Made by a program: the position numbers and the translations under genes
Part shown: positions 51,399-61,269 of the stretch, in pieces
Layout of the letters: each line of letters begins with the position of its first letter
Numbering within the stretch: the first letter of the stretch is position 1
The notes under the pieces: generated by a model
The model's database searches: none
The model's input: the letters and a program-made list of their open reading frames with translations, nothing else
Told to the model about the DNA's origin: nothing
NCBI GenBank assembly: GCA_029257745.1
Contig: JARIAS010000075.1
Coordinates: forward strand, 4,165-68,164
Length of the DNA stretch: 64,000 bases
Origin: Candidatus Cryptobacteroides sp.
GTDB taxonomy: Bacteria > Bacteroidota > Bacteroidia > Bacteroidales > UBA932
Direction: 5' to 3'

Positions 51399-51746
51399 AT
51401 GGATAAGAGCTTAAGTACAAGACAATTAAAAGTAGGAAGAGAGTTACAAAAACATCTTGCTGAGATAATAAGAAGCAAGGGCATGGCCGTATTTTCAGGT
51501 GCCATGCTTACAGTAAGCGAGGTAAAAGTAAGTCCAGATTTATCTCTTGCAAAAGTATATATAAGCATTTTCCCAAGCAATAAGGCAGAGAGTGCTATGG
51601 CACAACTTAATGATAATATTAAAAGCTACCGAGGAGAGTTAGGAAGTAAGATTGCTAAACAATTTAGGATTGTACCCGAGCTTGTATTTTACCATGATAC
51701 AAGTATGGAATATGCCTCACATATAGATGAGCTTTTAAAGAAATAA
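51399..51746 (+). CDS. rbfA: Ribosome-binding factor A
   Basis: 115 aa. RQLKVGRELQKHLAEII...VSEVKVSPDLSLAKVYIS. Confidence 0.85.
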   Translation: MDKSLSTRQLKVGRELQKHLAEIIRSKGMAVFSGAMLTVSEVKVSPDLSLAKVYISIFPSNKAESAMAQLNDNIKSYRGELGSKIAKQFRIVPELVFYHDTSMEYASHIDELLKK

Positions 51747-52951
51747 TGAAATTAGCATTATATATTGCAAAAAGATACTTATTTGCTAAAAAGTCGCATA
51801 ATATCATCAATATTATATCGGCTATTAGTGCCGTTGGTATAGCTATTGGAACAGCGGCACTTATTATAATTCTCTCTATATTCAATGGCTTTAGTGATTA
51901 TATAAAAAAGTCCTTAGCTAGTATTGAGGCTGACGTTATCATACGAGCAAAGAATGATAAAAGCTTTGTAATAGATAGTGTTATAACTAATAAGCTAGAA
52001 AAATATAAAAGCGTATCTACACTCTCATATGTTATAGAAGAAAATGTATACTTGACATATAATAACAAGAGCTGTATTGCAAGAGTTAAGGGTGTAGACA
52101 CTACTTTTGAGAAGTCCATGACTATATCTAAGGATATAAGGAGCGGTGAGGCAAAGCTACATCATGGCTCGCTATCACTAGCCTTAGTCAGTAGCCAACT
52201 TGCACAAGAGCTTGAGATTAATCCATATATGCAAGAGAAATTGCAACTTGCTTATCCAAATAGAAAATCAAGATTTGCTTTCTTTAATAAAAACTCTTTA
52301 GTAAATACATATCAAATATTCCCTAATGGCATATTTGAATTAAATAGTAAGGAAAAAAATAAGTTGCTTATAGTACCTATTGAGGTAATGCAAGACTTGC
52401 TTTCATACAAGGATGAACTATCTTATATAGAACTTAGATTTTCTAGAGATATTAAAGATAAGGCTAGCATAATCAAAGAGCTAAAAGCTAGTATTGACTC
52501 GAAATACTTGGTACAAGATAGGTATGAGCAGAACCCTAACTTATACAAGATGATGAGATATGAAAAATTAAGTATCTACATGATACTCATATTCATTATT
52601 ATCATTATCTCCCTAAATATCTTTGGCAGTATATCTATGCTTATTATAGAAAAAAAAGATGATATAAAGATATTAAGAAGTATGGGGGCAACTAGCTATC
52701 TTATTAAACAAATCTTCATCTTTGAAGCTTGGCTAGTATCAATCTATGGTCTTATAATAGGTCTAATCATAGGTATAAGCCTTGTTCTTATGCAAGAAAA
52801 ATTTGCTTTCATTAAGATGCCTATCAGCCATAGCAATGAGGCATACCCTATAATACTCAATTTTTCTGACATAAGTATTACCATTGCCACCATTGCCATC
52901 ATCGGCTACATAATATCCCTTTTAAGCCTAACACACAAAGAATTAAGATAG
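51746..52951 (+). CDS. FtsX-like ABC transporter permease (LolC/LolE family)
   Basis: 401 aa. N-terminal TM helix, large periplasmic loop, three C-terminal TM helices with the FtsX-type motif ILRSMGAT. The start overlaps the rbfA stop (ATGA). Confidence 0.8.
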   Translation: MKLALYIAKRYLFAKKSHNIINIISAISAVGIAIGTAALIIILSIFNGFSDYIKKSLASIEADVIIRAKNDKSFVIDSVITNKLEKYKSVSTLSYVIEENVYLTYNNKSCIARVKGVDTTFEKSMTISKDIRSGEAKLHHGSLSLALVSSQLAQELEINPYMQEKLQLAYPNRKSRFAFFNKNSLVNTYQIFPNGIFELNSKEKNKLLIVPIEVMQDLLSYKDELSYIELRFSRDIKDKASIIKELKASIDSKYLVQDRYEQNPNLYKMMRYEKLSIYMILIFIIIIISLNIFGSISMLIIEKKDDIKILRSMGATSYLIKQIFIFEAWLVSIYGLIIGLIIGISLVLMQEKFAFIKMPISHSNEAYPIILNFSDISITIATIAIIGYIISLLSLTHKELR

Positions 52952-52966
52952 CCCATTTGATTTTTC

Positions 52967-53006
52967 AAAAAAAGTCCACAAGTTGATTTAACTTATGGAC
53001 TTTTTT
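52967..53006. terminator. Bidirectional terminator between the permease gene and pepC
   Basis: aaaaaagtccacaagtt-gattt-aacttatggactttttt (one mismatch). Confidence 0.7.
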
Positions 53007-53027
53007 ATTGAGATATATTCTTATCAA

Positions 53028-54455
53028 CTAATTCTCAGACTTAAACATTGGATCCCATGCAGGAAGCATAATTGCTTTTTGCTGTAAAAGCTTCATTATT
53101 TTCTCACTAGCATATTTCTTGTCCACAACTAATCTGAACATATAACCATCAAACCACTCATCAGTCATAATAAGATTACCTTTATAACCATTAGTTTCCC
53201 CCCAACTATTTTCCACCATCCACTTTGTAGGTTTACCATCCTTAATATCCACAGCAATCAATGTCATTGCATGACTAGATCCACTTGCTAAAGACTCTAT
53301 CCTATCTTTCTTAGGCATATCAAAATTAACGCCCATTAAATCATTATAATCATAATTAGCAATATCCAGTACACCCTTTTTAGAATCTAAGAATTTGCCT
53401 ACATCACAAGAAAAGTACATAGCTGTATTATCTTTTATAGACGCAATAGCCATCTCCTTAATATCCTCTATCGGCAAGTTTAAATATAGCCAATTCTGAC
53501 CGTCATAAACATGCCTGTCATAATCTATCTCATAGACCTTATTATACTCTCTACTAGGATCATTCATCAACATGATATAATTATTTTCCAAATCTGCTGA
53601 AACATATTTTTTATAAAAAGATTGAGGTGTATATTTTTCTGTGCTAATCAATTTGTTATTAGAATCATACAAAGAATATTCAAAGTTTGTAGGAGGTACT
53701 CCCAAAGAAAGACTTAAGATACGGTATACTTTCTTTAAAACTTCAATCTTTGCAAGATTCATCTTTTCTAAAATAGTCTTTTCTTCCTTCTTAGACAGTT
53801 TGGACTTAGAGCCTAAAGCCTTCTCATATATTGCCCTTAATTCAATAGCTGATTTACGCAATAATGTCTTTAAAAGAAAATTCATCTGACTCGTATTATT
53901 TGAAGCATAGGTCTCAGGCATAATATCTGAAGGGACAAGACCATATTTTTCCACCAAATTAGCAACACCTGTAAACTGACCTCCATCTCCGATAGGATTT
54001 GACAATAACCATCTTACCTGTCTATCAGATACTTTCAACTTTCTTGTATCTATAATACCCTGCAAGAATAGATTAGACTTTTCCAATTGGTCATAGAAAA
54101 ACACATAATTCTGTGAAAATGTAAATGAAGACAGATTATATTTATCTATCATTTTTGCCCTCATTACATTAAGACCTGTAAATAACCAGCATCTACCTGA
54201 TGACTTTTGATTTGTGCGTCCCTTAGTCTTCACCTCATCTGAAAAATGCGTATCTATCATTGCGGCACGATCTGCATCTTGTGCCAAAGTAAATATTGCA
54301 GTATTATTTATTGCATTACGTAATGCCTTATCTGTCGGACTGGCAGTATATCCCTTCCTTATCTCAAGCAAGGCCTTATCATTTAAGCCACCATCAACTT
54401 GAGCATTAGCTACCAAAGGTAGCATAAAAGCTAGTGTAAATAAAAACTTTTTCAT
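53028..54455 (-). CDS. pepC: Aminopeptidase C / bleomycin hydrolase (peptidase C1B) with a signal peptide
   Basis: Signal MKKFLFTLAFMLPLVANAQ. Catalytic Cys context QKSSGRCWLF. HAMTLIAVD, ENSWG. Confidence 0.85.
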   Translation of the reverse strand: MKKFLFTLAFMLPLVANAQVDGGLNDKALLEIRKGYTASPTDKALRNAINNTAIFTLAQDADRAAMIDTHFSDEVKTKGRTNQKSSGRCWLFTGLNVMRAKMIDKYNLSSFTFSQNYVFFYDQLEKSNLFLQGIIDTRKLKVSDRQVRWLLSNPIGDGGQFTGVANLVEKYGLVPSDIMPETYASNNTSQMNFLLKTLLRKSAIELRAIYEKALGSKSKLSKKEEKTILEKMNLAKIEVLKKVYRILSLSLGVPPTNFEYSLYDSNNKLISTEKYTPQSFYKKYVSADLENNYIMLMNDPSREYNKVYEIDYDRHVYDGQNWLYLNLPIEDIKEMAIASIKDNTAMYFSCDVGKFLDSKKGVLDIANYDYNDLMGVNFDMPKKDRIESLASGSSHAMTLIAVDIKDGKPTKWMVENSWGETNGYKGNLIMTDEWFDGYMFRLVVDKKYASEKIMKLLQQKAIMLPAWDPMFKSEN

Positions 54456-54580
54456 AATTTATTCTATTACATTTAAATATTTTATAATCAACTTATTATA
54501 TTTACTCTTATAAATATTCATACCAAAAGCTATCCTATATATCCCCTTTACACATCATAGCCAAATCGTCTACTTATCTC

Positions 54581-56107
54581 CTATACACTATTCAAAATAT
54601 TTTGTTCATCAACTTGCTCTATATCACTTAATTGCAATGATTGTGGAACAACACTATCTGAGGACAATTTCCTTGAATTAGCCCTAATTTTTGCATTTGA
54701 ACCCCTACGAGAATTTATTCCCAAATCCTGTAACTTATATATCTTCTTGATTACAGACTGATTAGACTCCTTCAGCCTCCTCTTGCTATCTTCATAAGAC
54801 TTAGAGGCTTTAGATAAATAATCACCTAACTTGTCATAAGACTCCAACCAAGACTGTATCTGAGACATAAGCTCTTCTGCTACCTTATATACATTTTCTA
54901 TATTCTTTTCTTGATTATATTGTTTCCATGCCATGCTTATCATATTAAGCACAATTATGAGAGTCATATTGCTAACTATCAACACATTATTATCTTTAGC
55001 AATCTGCCACAAGCGAGGTGATTCTTCAAGCATCAAACGAAAGGCTCCCTCAACAGGAACAAACATAATGTTATAAGGCACTTTAGCCTGACCCTCTGAA
55101 AGATATGAGGCATAATCCTTTTTCTTTAATTCATCAATATGAGCAGTAATACTTGCTATATGAGCCTTTGCATAAAATTTTCTACTTTCAATATCATCTG
55201 CATTCATATAATCAACATATGAACTTAAACTCATCTTAGAATCTATAATCACAGTAGTATTATCAGGATAAAATACCATAACATCAGGTATCATAGTCTT
55301 ACCCATATCAGACTTTATCTCATTCCCTTGCATATCCGTCATAACTCCCTGCGTCTGAAAATGAATACCCTCCACCATACCAGCATTTTTCAATATGTCA
55401 GCCAAAAGCATTTCTCCAAAATCACCCTGTATTTTTGCATAACCAGTAAGGGCATTTGCCAGATTTTTTGCCTGATCCCCCACATTCTTAGAACGTTGTT
55501 CCAAATCATCTATTTTCTGATTTAACTTAGCATTAGTCTCTATATTCTTGTCTTGAGACTCACGTACTATTTTAGAGAACTCTGTAAATTTATCTTGCAT
55601 TGGTTTCAAGAGATCCGTAATAGCTTCAGAACTTTTCACCTTAAATATACTGCTATTCTCCAAGCTTAAAGCTTTAAAACTTTCACGCATTTGTTCCAAA
55701 AGGTTCTTCTGCTTTTCTTCCAGTTCTTTCTCATAAGACTCTCTAAGCTTAAGATTATTTGCCATAGCCTCAATCTTTGTAGTTAAGGCTACATTCTCCT
55801 GCCTTAGACCTGATATTTGTTCCAATAAAGACTGCTTTTCATTCTCAAATTCATGCCTAAGAGTATCTTCATCCACCTTTGACTGACGAAGCCATAACTC
55901 CCTATCTTCCTTATGCTTATCTAAGAGCAAATCCTTTTCTTTCTGAAAATCCAAAAATAGCTCTGACCTAATATTGACCTTTGCAAGTTCAAAATCCTGA
56001 GTTTTCTGCTCTAAAAGTCTAAGATATTTTGATTTAAGATAAATATATAAGACAAGGCAAGTTAAAATACAAGCGATTAAGATAAAACTAATTTCTACGA
56101 TTCCCAT
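54581..56107 (-). CDS. rmuC: DNA recombination protein RmuC
   Basis: N-terminal TM helix, long coiled coil, and a C-terminal RmuC nuclease-like region (PDVMVFYPDNTTVIIDSK...MFVPVEGAF). Confidence 0.85.
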   Translation of the reverse strand: MGIVEISFILIACILTCLVLYIYLKSKYLRLLEQKTQDFELAKVNIRSELFLDFQKEKDLLLDKHKEDRELWLRQSKVDEDTLRHEFENEKQSLLEQISGLRQENVALTTKIEAMANNLKLRESYEKELEEKQKNLLEQMRESFKALSLENSSIFKVKSSEAITDLLKPMQDKFTEFSKIVRESQDKNIETNAKLNQKIDDLEQRSKNVGDQAKNLANALTGYAKIQGDFGEMLLADILKNAGMVEGIHFQTQGVMTDMQGNEIKSDMGKTMIPDVMVFYPDNTTVIIDSKMSLSSYVDYMNADDIESRKFYAKAHIASITAHIDELKKKDYASYLSEGQAKVPYNIMFVPVEGAFRLMLEESPRLWQIAKDNNVLIVSNMTLIIVLNMISMAWKQYNQEKNIENVYKVAEELMSQIQSWLESYDKLGDYLSKASKSYEDSKRRLKESNQSVIKKIYKLQDLGINSRRGSNAKIRANSRKLSSDSVVPQSLQLSDIEQVDEQNILNSV

Positions 56108-56157
56108 ATAGATTTTATAGATTTATATCAAAGATACACAATTTTATATTATTTTCT

Positions 56158-56165
56158 TAACTTTG
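56158..56165 (+). promoter_or_regulatory. -7 motif TAnnTTTG upstream of polA
   Basis: TAACTTTG, 31 nt before the ATG at 56197. Confidence 0.5.
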
Positions 56166-56196
56166 GGCTATCTATCACTTATTAAATTTAGGATAT

Positions 56197-58797
56197 ATGC
56201 CAAATAAGATATTATTAATAGATGGACATGCACTCATATTTAAGACCTATTATGCTTTTTTATCAAAGCCATTAATAAATAGCAAAGGTGAAGACACATC
56301 TATCATATACGGGTTTCTAAAAACTATCTTTGAGTTAATACAAAAAGAAGAGCCTAGTCATATTGCCGTTGTATTTGACCCTCCTGGAGGCTCATTTAGA
56401 AATAGTCTATATCCTGAATATAAAGCAAATAGGGCAGAAACTCCACAAGCTATTAAAGATTGTATGGAACCATTAAGAAAACTTTGTAATGCTCTAAATA
56501 TTGCAAATCTTATGGAAATAGGTTTTGAAGCTGATGATCTCATAGGTAGCATTGCCAAACAATTTGCAGATGAAAATAACAAGGTATATATGATTACCCC
56601 TGACAAGGATTATGGCCAACTGGTAGATAATAATATCTATATGTACAAACCACCTATTGCAAAAAAAGACTGGCAACTATATGACACTCAAGCTATTTGC
56701 GAGAAGTATGGAATAAAAAGTACCTCACAGATTATAGACTATCTTGCTATATGTGGAGATAGTGCTGATAATATACCGGGGGTAAAAGGAGTAGGTCCTC
56801 TAACAGCAGCTAAATTACTTCAAAAATACGATAACATTCAAAACATCTATGAGCATATAGAAGAGCTAAGCCCCAAGGTAAAAAATGCGTTCAATGCTGT
56901 TAAAGACAAGATCAATCTAGGTATACAATTAGTTACAATTAAAACTGATATTAATCTTACTTACGATATAGAGAGTCTTCAGCTAAAAGATAGCGTAAAA
57001 TGGGAGGCTAAAGAGTTATTTGACTACTATGAACTGAACAGTCTAAAGAAATATCTAATAAATGTAGATGATAACCCTAATCCCGAAAAGAAAAAAACAT
57101 TAAAATACGAAAGCATTGATTATCAAGAATTTATCTCACAAGCACAAAAAGTCTTAAGTTTAGACTTACACGACGATAAACTTGAACTAGCAAGCAGAAA
57201 TTCTAATAATGATATAGTTCACTGCATTGCAGATTTAGAAGAATGTAAAAGCTTATTGGAAGACCCTAATATTGATAAAATATCCTTTAATATCAAGCGT
57301 ATCATAAGATATTTACTAGAACACAATATTAGTCTAAATGGTAAAATTCTAGATATAGACCTTATGCAATATCTCATAAATCCGGAACAAACAAAAGAGA
57401 TTAATGAGCTAAGTAAGAGCTATCTAGATATAGACCTAGATAATGACTTAAGCACTAGTGAAGAGAGCTCTAGCCTATTTAACCAAGACATAAAAATCAA
57501 GGCTTTCAATGTTGCATATTTAATGATTGCAGAAAAAATGGAGCAATCTGAATTATTTAAAAATGTATCGAAACTTTATTGGGATATAGAGAGACCTCTC
57601 ATTGATGTATTGGCAAAGATGGAGTATTATGGAGTAAAAATAGATCTTTCTCAAATACATAAACTTACAAGCTCTTTAAAGACAGAGTTATATGAAGTAG
57701 AACATAGGATCAAGCTATTAGCAGAAAATCCTAAACTTAATATCAGTTCACCAAAACAAATAGGGGAATTGCTTTTTGAAAAATTAAAACTAAATGAGAA
57801 TGCAAAAAAGTCTGCAAAAGGCAACTGGTCAACAGATGAGAGTAGCTTAAAATTCATTATAGACAAACATCCAATTGTTGCAGATATTCTAGAATTCAGA
57901 GAAATTAAAAAGCTAGTTTCTACATACATTGAGCCATTCATCACATATGTCTCACCATCTAGCAAGAAAATTCACACTTGTTTTAACCAAAGTCTAACTT
58001 CAACAGGCAGACTAAGTTCTTCTAATCCCAACCTACAAAATATACCCATTAGAACTGAAAGAGGTAAAGAGATTAGACGTGCATTCATTTCAAGCTTCCC
58101 CGATGGATATATCTTATCTGCTGACTACTCTCAAATAGAGCTTAGGATAATGGCAGCACTATGCAAAGATGAGCACCTAATATCAGCTTTTCAACATAAT
58201 GTAGATATACATAGTGCTACCGCTGCAAAGATATATAATATTGATATAAAAGATGTTAGCCCTGAACAGAGAAGAGTTGCCAAAACTGCCAATTTTGGCA
58301 TCATGTATGGCATATCAGCTTTTGGGCTTAGCCAAAGACTGGATATTAGTATATCAGAGGCAAAAAAAATAATAGATGATTATTTTAAAGCCTTTCCATC
58401 AATACAAGATTTTATTGAAAAATGCACAAAATTTGCAGAGGAACATTTATATGTAGAGACCCTATTTGGAAGAAGGAGATATATTTCAGGTATTCAATCC
58501 AAAAATAAAATACTTAAAGGTATGGGTGAAAGAAATGCTGTAAATGCACCTATACAGGGTACTGCTGCAGATATAATCAAACTTGCTATGATAAATATAG
58601 ATAAGAAGATAAGCGAGTTGGGCTTAAAAAGTAAGATGGTACTGCAAATCCACGATGAACTGCTTTTTGATTGTTGCAAAGAAGAGGTGGATATAATTAA
58701 AGATTTGGTAATCAAGGAAATGGAAGGAGTCATCTCTCTATCCATACCTCTAACAGTTGAATGTAATTATGGAAAAAATTGGCTCGAAGCTCACTGA
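56197..58797 (+). CDS. polA: DNA polymerase I
   Basis: 5' nuclease (LLIDGHALIFKTYYA, GFEADDLIG, GDSADNIPGVKGVG). Polymerase motifs A (LSADYSQIELRIMA), B (RRVAKTANFGIMYG) and C (QIHDELLF). 866 aa. Confidence 0.95.
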   Translation: MPNKILLIDGHALIFKTYYAFLSKPLINSKGEDTSIIYGFLKTIFELIQKEEPSHIAVVFDPPGGSFRNSLYPEYKANRAETPQAIKDCMEPLRKLCNALNIANLMEIGFEADDLIGSIAKQFADENNKVYMITPDKDYGQLVDNNIYMYKPPIAKKDWQLYDTQAICEKYGIKSTSQIIDYLAICGDSADNIPGVKGVGPLTAAKLLQKYDNIQNIYEHIEELSPKVKNAFNAVKDKINLGIQLVTIKTDINLTYDIESLQLKDSVKWEAKELFDYYELNSLKKYLINVDDNPNPEKKKTLKYESIDYQEFISQAQKVLSLDLHDDKLELASRNSNNDIVHCIADLEECKSLLEDPNIDKISFNIKRIIRYLLEHNISLNGKILDIDLMQYLINPEQTKEINELSKSYLDIDLDNDLSTSEESSSLFNQDIKIKAFNVAYLMIAEKMEQSELFKNVSKLYWDIERPLIDVLAKMEYYGVKIDLSQIHKLTSSLKTELYEVEHRIKLLAENPKLNISSPKQIGELLFEKLKLNENAKKSAKGNWSTDESSLKFIIDKHPIVADILEFREIKKLVSTYIEPFITYVSPSSKKIHTCFNQSLTSTGRLSSSNPNLQNIPIRTERGKEIRRAFISSFPDGYILSADYSQIELRIMAALCKDEHLISAFQHNVDIHSATAAKIYNIDIKDVSPEQRRVAKTANFGIMYGISAFGLSQRLDISISEAKKIIDDYFKAFPSIQDFIEKCTKFAEEHLYVETLFGRRRYISGIQSKNKILKGMGERNAVNAPIQGTAADIIKLAMINIDKKISELGLKSKMVLQIHDELLFDCCKEEVDIIKDLVIKEMEGVISLSIPLTVECNYGKNWLEAH

Positions 58798-59362
58798 TCT
58801 TAAGGATATAGAATTGATAGAACTTGCTCTTCAAGACAATTCTCAAGAAGCTTTTTCTATTTTGCACAATAGATATCAACAAGGACTTAAACTATACATA
58901 AATCGCTATGTACAAGCCAAAGAAGATATTGAAGATATTTGTATTATAAGCTTTCAAAAAGCATTTAATCAACTATCCACATTCAACAAGAATAACAAAT
59001 TTTCTACTTGGCTATATACAATAGCAAGAAATACTGCATTTGACCATCAGAATAAAGAAATAGTCAGAGGTAAACTAGAACGTCAAGACATATCAAATGA
59101 CAAAGGAATGACACTTGAAATAGTTGATGATAGTATTAGCCCTGAAGACGATATTATAAATCTACAAGACCACGAGTTGCTAATAAAAAGCATAGAAGGT
59201 CTACCCGACTTATATAGAGATGTCGCACAGAAATGTTTTATTGAAAATCTAGGTTACAAAGAGATCTCACAAAGTCTGAATATACCCTTAAATACTATAA
59301 AAACAAGAATTAGCAGGGCTAAAACAATGCTAATAAAAAGTATGAAAAACATAGAAGAATAA
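58769..59362 (+). CDS. Sigma-70 family (ECF-type) RNA polymerase sigma factor
   Basis: Region 2 (FSILHNRYQQGLKLYINRYV...FSTWLYTIARNTAFD) and region 4 HTH (GYKEISQSLNIPLNTIKTRISRAK). The only plausible starts (58757 TTG, 58769 ATG) overlap the polA 3' end. Confidence 0.8.
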   Translation: MEKIGSKLTDLKDIELIELALQDNSQEAFSILHNRYQQGLKLYINRYVQAKEDIEDICIISFQKAFNQLSTFNKNNKFSTWLYTIARNTAFDHQNKEIVRGKLERQDISNDKGMTLEIVDDSISPEDDIINLQDHELLIKSIEGLPDLYRDVAQKCFIENLGYKEISQSLNIPLNTIKTRISRAKTMLIKSMKNIEE

Positions 59363-59364
59363 AT

Positions 59365-60027
59365 ATGCAATATATTGATTTTAAGAATTTTATAAACAAA
59401 GAGTTTATTTTAACTGAGACTCAATTTTCACAATTTGAAGCCCTTGAAGCCTTATACAAAGAGTGGAATTCACAAATAAATGTAATATCACGTAAGGATA
59501 TAGAGGAGCTATATAAACATCACGTACTTCATGCACTATGTATAGCCCTATATCTAAAATTCAACAAAACTAAAATATATCATAAACTCCTAAGCGAAGG
59601 TGCCGAAATACTAGATTTAGGCACAGGTGGGGGCTTTCCAGGTATACCATTAGCGATTTTGTTCCCAAAATGCAGATTTACTCTATGCGACTCTGTCGGA
59701 AAGAAAATTATTGTAGCTAAAGCAGTTAGCAGTTCTCTTGGGCTTAATAATACAACTTGTGTACACGGCAGAGCAGAAGAACTTAAGCAAGAATTTCAAT
59801 ATGTAGTATCTAGGGCGGTAAGCTCTCTGGATAAGTTCTACCCATGGGTTAAAGATAAATTTACAGATAATATATTCTACCTCAAGGGTGGAGATATTAT
59901 TGAAGAGTTATCCAGTCTAATGCAAAAATTCAAGCTTAATAAAAACAATGTAAGCACGTGGAAAATAGACTCTTACATAGATGATTCATACTTTATCAAC
60001 AAAATGATAGTAGATATTAGCAAATAA
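59365..60027 (+). CDS. rsmG: 16S rRNA (guanine527-N7)-methyltransferase
   Basis: WNSQINVISRKDIEELYKHHVLHAL and the SAM motif LDLGTGGGFPGIPLAI. 220 aa. Confidence 0.88.
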   Translation: MQYIDFKNFINKEFILTETQFSQFEALEALYKEWNSQINVISRKDIEELYKHHVLHALCIALYLKFNKTKIYHKLLSEGAEILDLGTGGGFPGIPLAILFPKCRFTLCDSVGKKIIVAKAVSSSLGLNNTTCVHGRAEELKQEFQYVVSRAVSSLDKFYPWVKDKFTDNIFYLKGGDIIEELSSLMQKFKLNKNNVSTWKIDSYIDDSYFINKMIVDISK

Positions 60028-60051
60028 TTTTGTTTTTCTATTCAAAAAACT

Positions 60052-60059
60052 TAACTTTG
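60052..60059 (+). promoter_or_regulatory. -7 motif TAnnTTTG (with -33 TTTG at 60029-60032) upstream of rpmH
   Basis: TAACTTTG. There is a 19-nt spacer to the upstream TTTG. Confidence 0.55.
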
Positions 60060-60093
60060 CACTTCCTATTTGACTAATATAAATATTATAATA

Positions 60094-60246
60094 ATGAAAA
60101 GAACATTCCAACCTTCAGTACGCAAGCGTGTTAATAAACACGGATTTCGTGAGCGTATGGCTACTGCAAATGGTCGTAGAGTTCTAGCAGCTCGCCGTCG
60201 CCGTGGTCGTAAGAAACTAACAGTCTCTTCAGAGGAAAGATTTTAG
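60094..60246 (+). CDS. rpmH: 50S ribosomal protein L34
   Basis: Not in the ORF track because it is shorter than 60 aa. Own translation: [50 protein letters not shown]. Confidence 0.93.
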   Translation: MKRTFQPSVRKRVNKHGFRERMATANGRRVLAARRRRGRKKLTVSSEERF

Positions 60247-60249
60247 TTT

Positions 60250-60286
60250 AAAAGCTTAGTAACAAAACTAAGCTTTTCCTTTTTTA
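60250..60286 (+). terminator. rpmH rho-independent terminator
   Basis: aaaagcttagt-aacaaa-actaagctttt, followed by ccttttttat. Confidence 0.75.
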
Positions 60287-60300
60287 TATAATAAACAATA

Positions 60301-60339
60301 AAATAAGCTTGCACTTTGTTTAAAGTTCAAGCTTATTTT
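60301..60339 (-). terminator. Terminator of the minus-strand OMP gene
   Basis: 11-bp stem aaataagcttg/caagcttattt around a structured loop. Confidence 0.6.
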
Positions 60340-60357
60340 ATATTTCATAATTAATTT

Positions 60358-61047
60358 CTAGAACCTATATCCCAAGCTCATTACAGCTGATATAGTATTA
60401 TATGTCTTATCATTCTGCAAATGATTAATATTCATAAAACCGTATTGAACATCAAATCCTAGCATAATATCTCTATACTCAACGCCAATACCCATTTGCA
60501 AACCTGTATCAAGAGGCTTTATCATAGACTTATCATTGCCTCCATATATAAATGAGTTATAATCATACGTCTTCTCTATCCTACTATTTTGACCAGCTAT
60601 AGAAGTTTCACTTGTATCAGTTCTTCCACTTAGTCCCAAAGAGAGATAAGGTCCTAAATTAATATACAATAACAGGTCGTCTATTATCCATGAATTAACA
60701 TTAAGCAATAAAGGAAGATCTATATAATTAAGATTAATATTCTTAATATTCTTAACCAAGACTGTATTAACACTTCCAAGCAATGCACTCTCTGTATAAC
60801 TTTGATACACTCCCCTATGTGAATAATACACACCTCCTTGTATTGAAAGTCCTAATAACTCATCTCCAAGGAAACGATAATCTAAGGCTGCTCCAAGCTT
60901 ATAAGCTGCTTTCATAGAATTTGATTCTAGTTTAGCAACACGAGAAAGACCTACTGAAGATTTAACAAGGACAAAGACATTACGCTGTCCATAAGATGCA
61001 AACACAAAACAAAATGCTAAAAATGTAGTTAAAATTAATCTTTTCAT
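60358..61047 (-). CDS. Outer-membrane beta-barrel protein (OmpW/PorT-like small porin family)
   Basis: Signal MKRLILTTFLAFCFVFASYGQ, alternating amphipathic strands, and a C-terminal ...SLGYRF aromatic terminus. An alternative ATG lies at 61059. Confidence 0.6.
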   Translation of the reverse strand: MKRLILTTFLAFCFVFASYGQRNVFVLVKSSVGLSRVAKLESNSMKAAYKLGAALDYRFLGDELLGLSIQGGVYYSHRGVYQSYTESALLGSVNTVLVKNIKNINLNYIDLPLLLNVNSWIIDDLLLYINLGPYLSLGLSGRTDTSETSIAGQNSRIEKTYDYNSFIYGGNDKSMIKPLDTGLQMGIGVEYRDIMLGFDVQYGFMNINHLQNDKTYNTISAVMSLGYRF

Positions 61048-61269
61048 TGTATATAACATTATTTTTTACAAAAGTCAGTCTGCTAAGTTAATAAAATTTA
61101 TTTAAGTCTTATATTCATAATACAATATAAGGTTATAATAACATCAGAATAATTGATAAAAAACATATAAGACTATAACTACAAACAGCAAAATTTATAT
61201 AAAAATAAAAAAACAGCATTATCCCCTCTTTCTCTCACATAAATATTGTCTTATTTTTACAGAAAAACT

